A stretch of 64,000 nt of DNA, from NCBI GenBank assembly GCA_051294905.1, contig CM119372.1, forward strand, positions 9,674,001 through 9,738,000, written 5' to 3'. This document shows positions 63,259-64,000 of the stretch, one piece after another. How positions within the stretch are numbered: position 1 is the stretch's first letter; each line of letters begins with the position of its first letter. Source of the DNA: Botryllus schlosseri (Eukaryota). A model generated the notes under the pieces. That model did no database searches. It was not told where the DNA came from and saw only the letters and a list, made by a program, of their open reading frames with translations. A program made the translations under genes and the position numbers.

Positions 63259-64000
63259 CTCGGAACTAAGAGGGCTTTCTCGGATGCTGGGATTTTGTAT
63301 TCCCCAAAGAGGGCAAAACTCAACGAAAAAACATTTTCGCTGTTGATTCGCTGCAATCAGCAACAGCTGCAGAAAATGGTTTAGTTTATCCTGTACTGAT
63401 TACAGATAGTTCTGTCTGTCTGATTTTTCAGTAATTTCGTTGTACCGACGTTCGTGTGGAAGGCTGGAACGCCGAATTCGAATAAAATAAAAATGAATGA
63501 CTTTATTGTGAATTAAATTTAGTTAGTTGTGTTTTAGTTAGTTAGTTGCCGATAATTAAATTTCATTAGTTCTAGTTCTAGTTCTAGTTGCGAGTTTTGA
63601 AAATTGAGTAGTTCTAGTTCTAGTTATAGTTGCGGAATTTGAAAATTGGGTAGTTCTAGTTATAGTTGCGAGTCTTAAAAATTGAATAGTTCTAGTTATA
63701 GTTCTAGTTGCGCTTTTTGAAAATTCAGTAGTTTGTACAAGTCTGCTCTAGGACGAACACAAATTAAGATATGATCGTATGAAGTTGTTCAACTCGAGAT
63801 TTTAAAAGGGTTAAGAGGCTGGTGCGGAGCAGCGAAACCACGTTTGATCGTAGTGCAACAGCGTTTGATGTTTTACAGTGGTTAGTTAATGCAAAGCTAC
63901 TTGATTCGACAACATATCTATGCTCGTGTCTGAAACTTTATCTGACCATTGGTGTTTCAATTGCGAGCTGTGTGAGGAGCTTCTCAAAGCTCAAACTGAT

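Larger units (their letters stand above)
61991..63745. mobile_element. hAT deletion derivative with (CTAGTT)n subterminal arrays
   Basis: TIRs CAGACTTGTACAAACTA...TAGTTTGTACAAGTCTG; perfect TSD CTCTAGGA; internal RAFSDAGILYSPKRAKLNEKTF transposase C-terminal remnant at ~63270-63350. Confidence 0.92.
61117..64000 (+). pseudogene. Decayed hAT transposon / transposase remnant interrupted by nested elements; runs off the window
   Basis: CAGTGGCGTAGC terminus at 61117; transposase-like frame 61656-61890 (LDRFKLEAETRFKGIHHLNDMFGFL); at ~63815-64000 LKLYLTIGVSIASCVRSFSKLKL, the hAT C-terminal dimerisation motif. Confidence 0.8.

Noticed and set aside
61991..63745. CRISPR-like or repeat-protein appearance of the (CTAGTT)n arrays, including ORF 62032-62283 (TRTRT)
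   Set aside because: No unique spacers or cas genes; the arrays are subterminal repeats inside a TIR/TSD-bounded element in a eukaryotic context.

Overview
Animal genomic DNA, AT-rich with many 55-90 nt GT-AG introns and dense transposon content; an invertebrate such as an ascidian is my inference and cannot be confirmed here. Genes reconstructed by hand: a 4-exon C/EBP/PAR-like bZIP factor (+, 10099-11537); a 9-exon MBOAT7 (-, 21191-27423) with a young 5'-truncated CR1/L2-type LINE in intron 6; two tandem intronless HDAC11 paralogs (-, 28310-29326 and 30241-31299); a 5-exon ATPSCKMT/FAM173B (+, 31782-34841) head-to-head with HDAC11; and three calmodulin-like EF-hand paralogs with long basic RRxS-rich tails (41414-55069). 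Intergenic and intronic DNA holds many non-autonomous hAT elements (TIRs plus 8-bp TSDs), tRNA-derived SINEs, LINE 3' fragments and two deeply nested TE stacks. The most notable observations are: an HDAC11 duplicate with the catalytic Tyr replaced by Phe (candidate pseudo-enzyme or acyl-lysine reader); N-myristoylation motifs on both HDAC11s, next to an acyltransferase in an operon-like run; the tailed calmodulin-like family; a dense ATF4/CEBP/CRE motif cluster upstream of the bZIP gene; and a candidate 3-exon orphan gene. No database searches were run; family assignments rest on recalled motifs.
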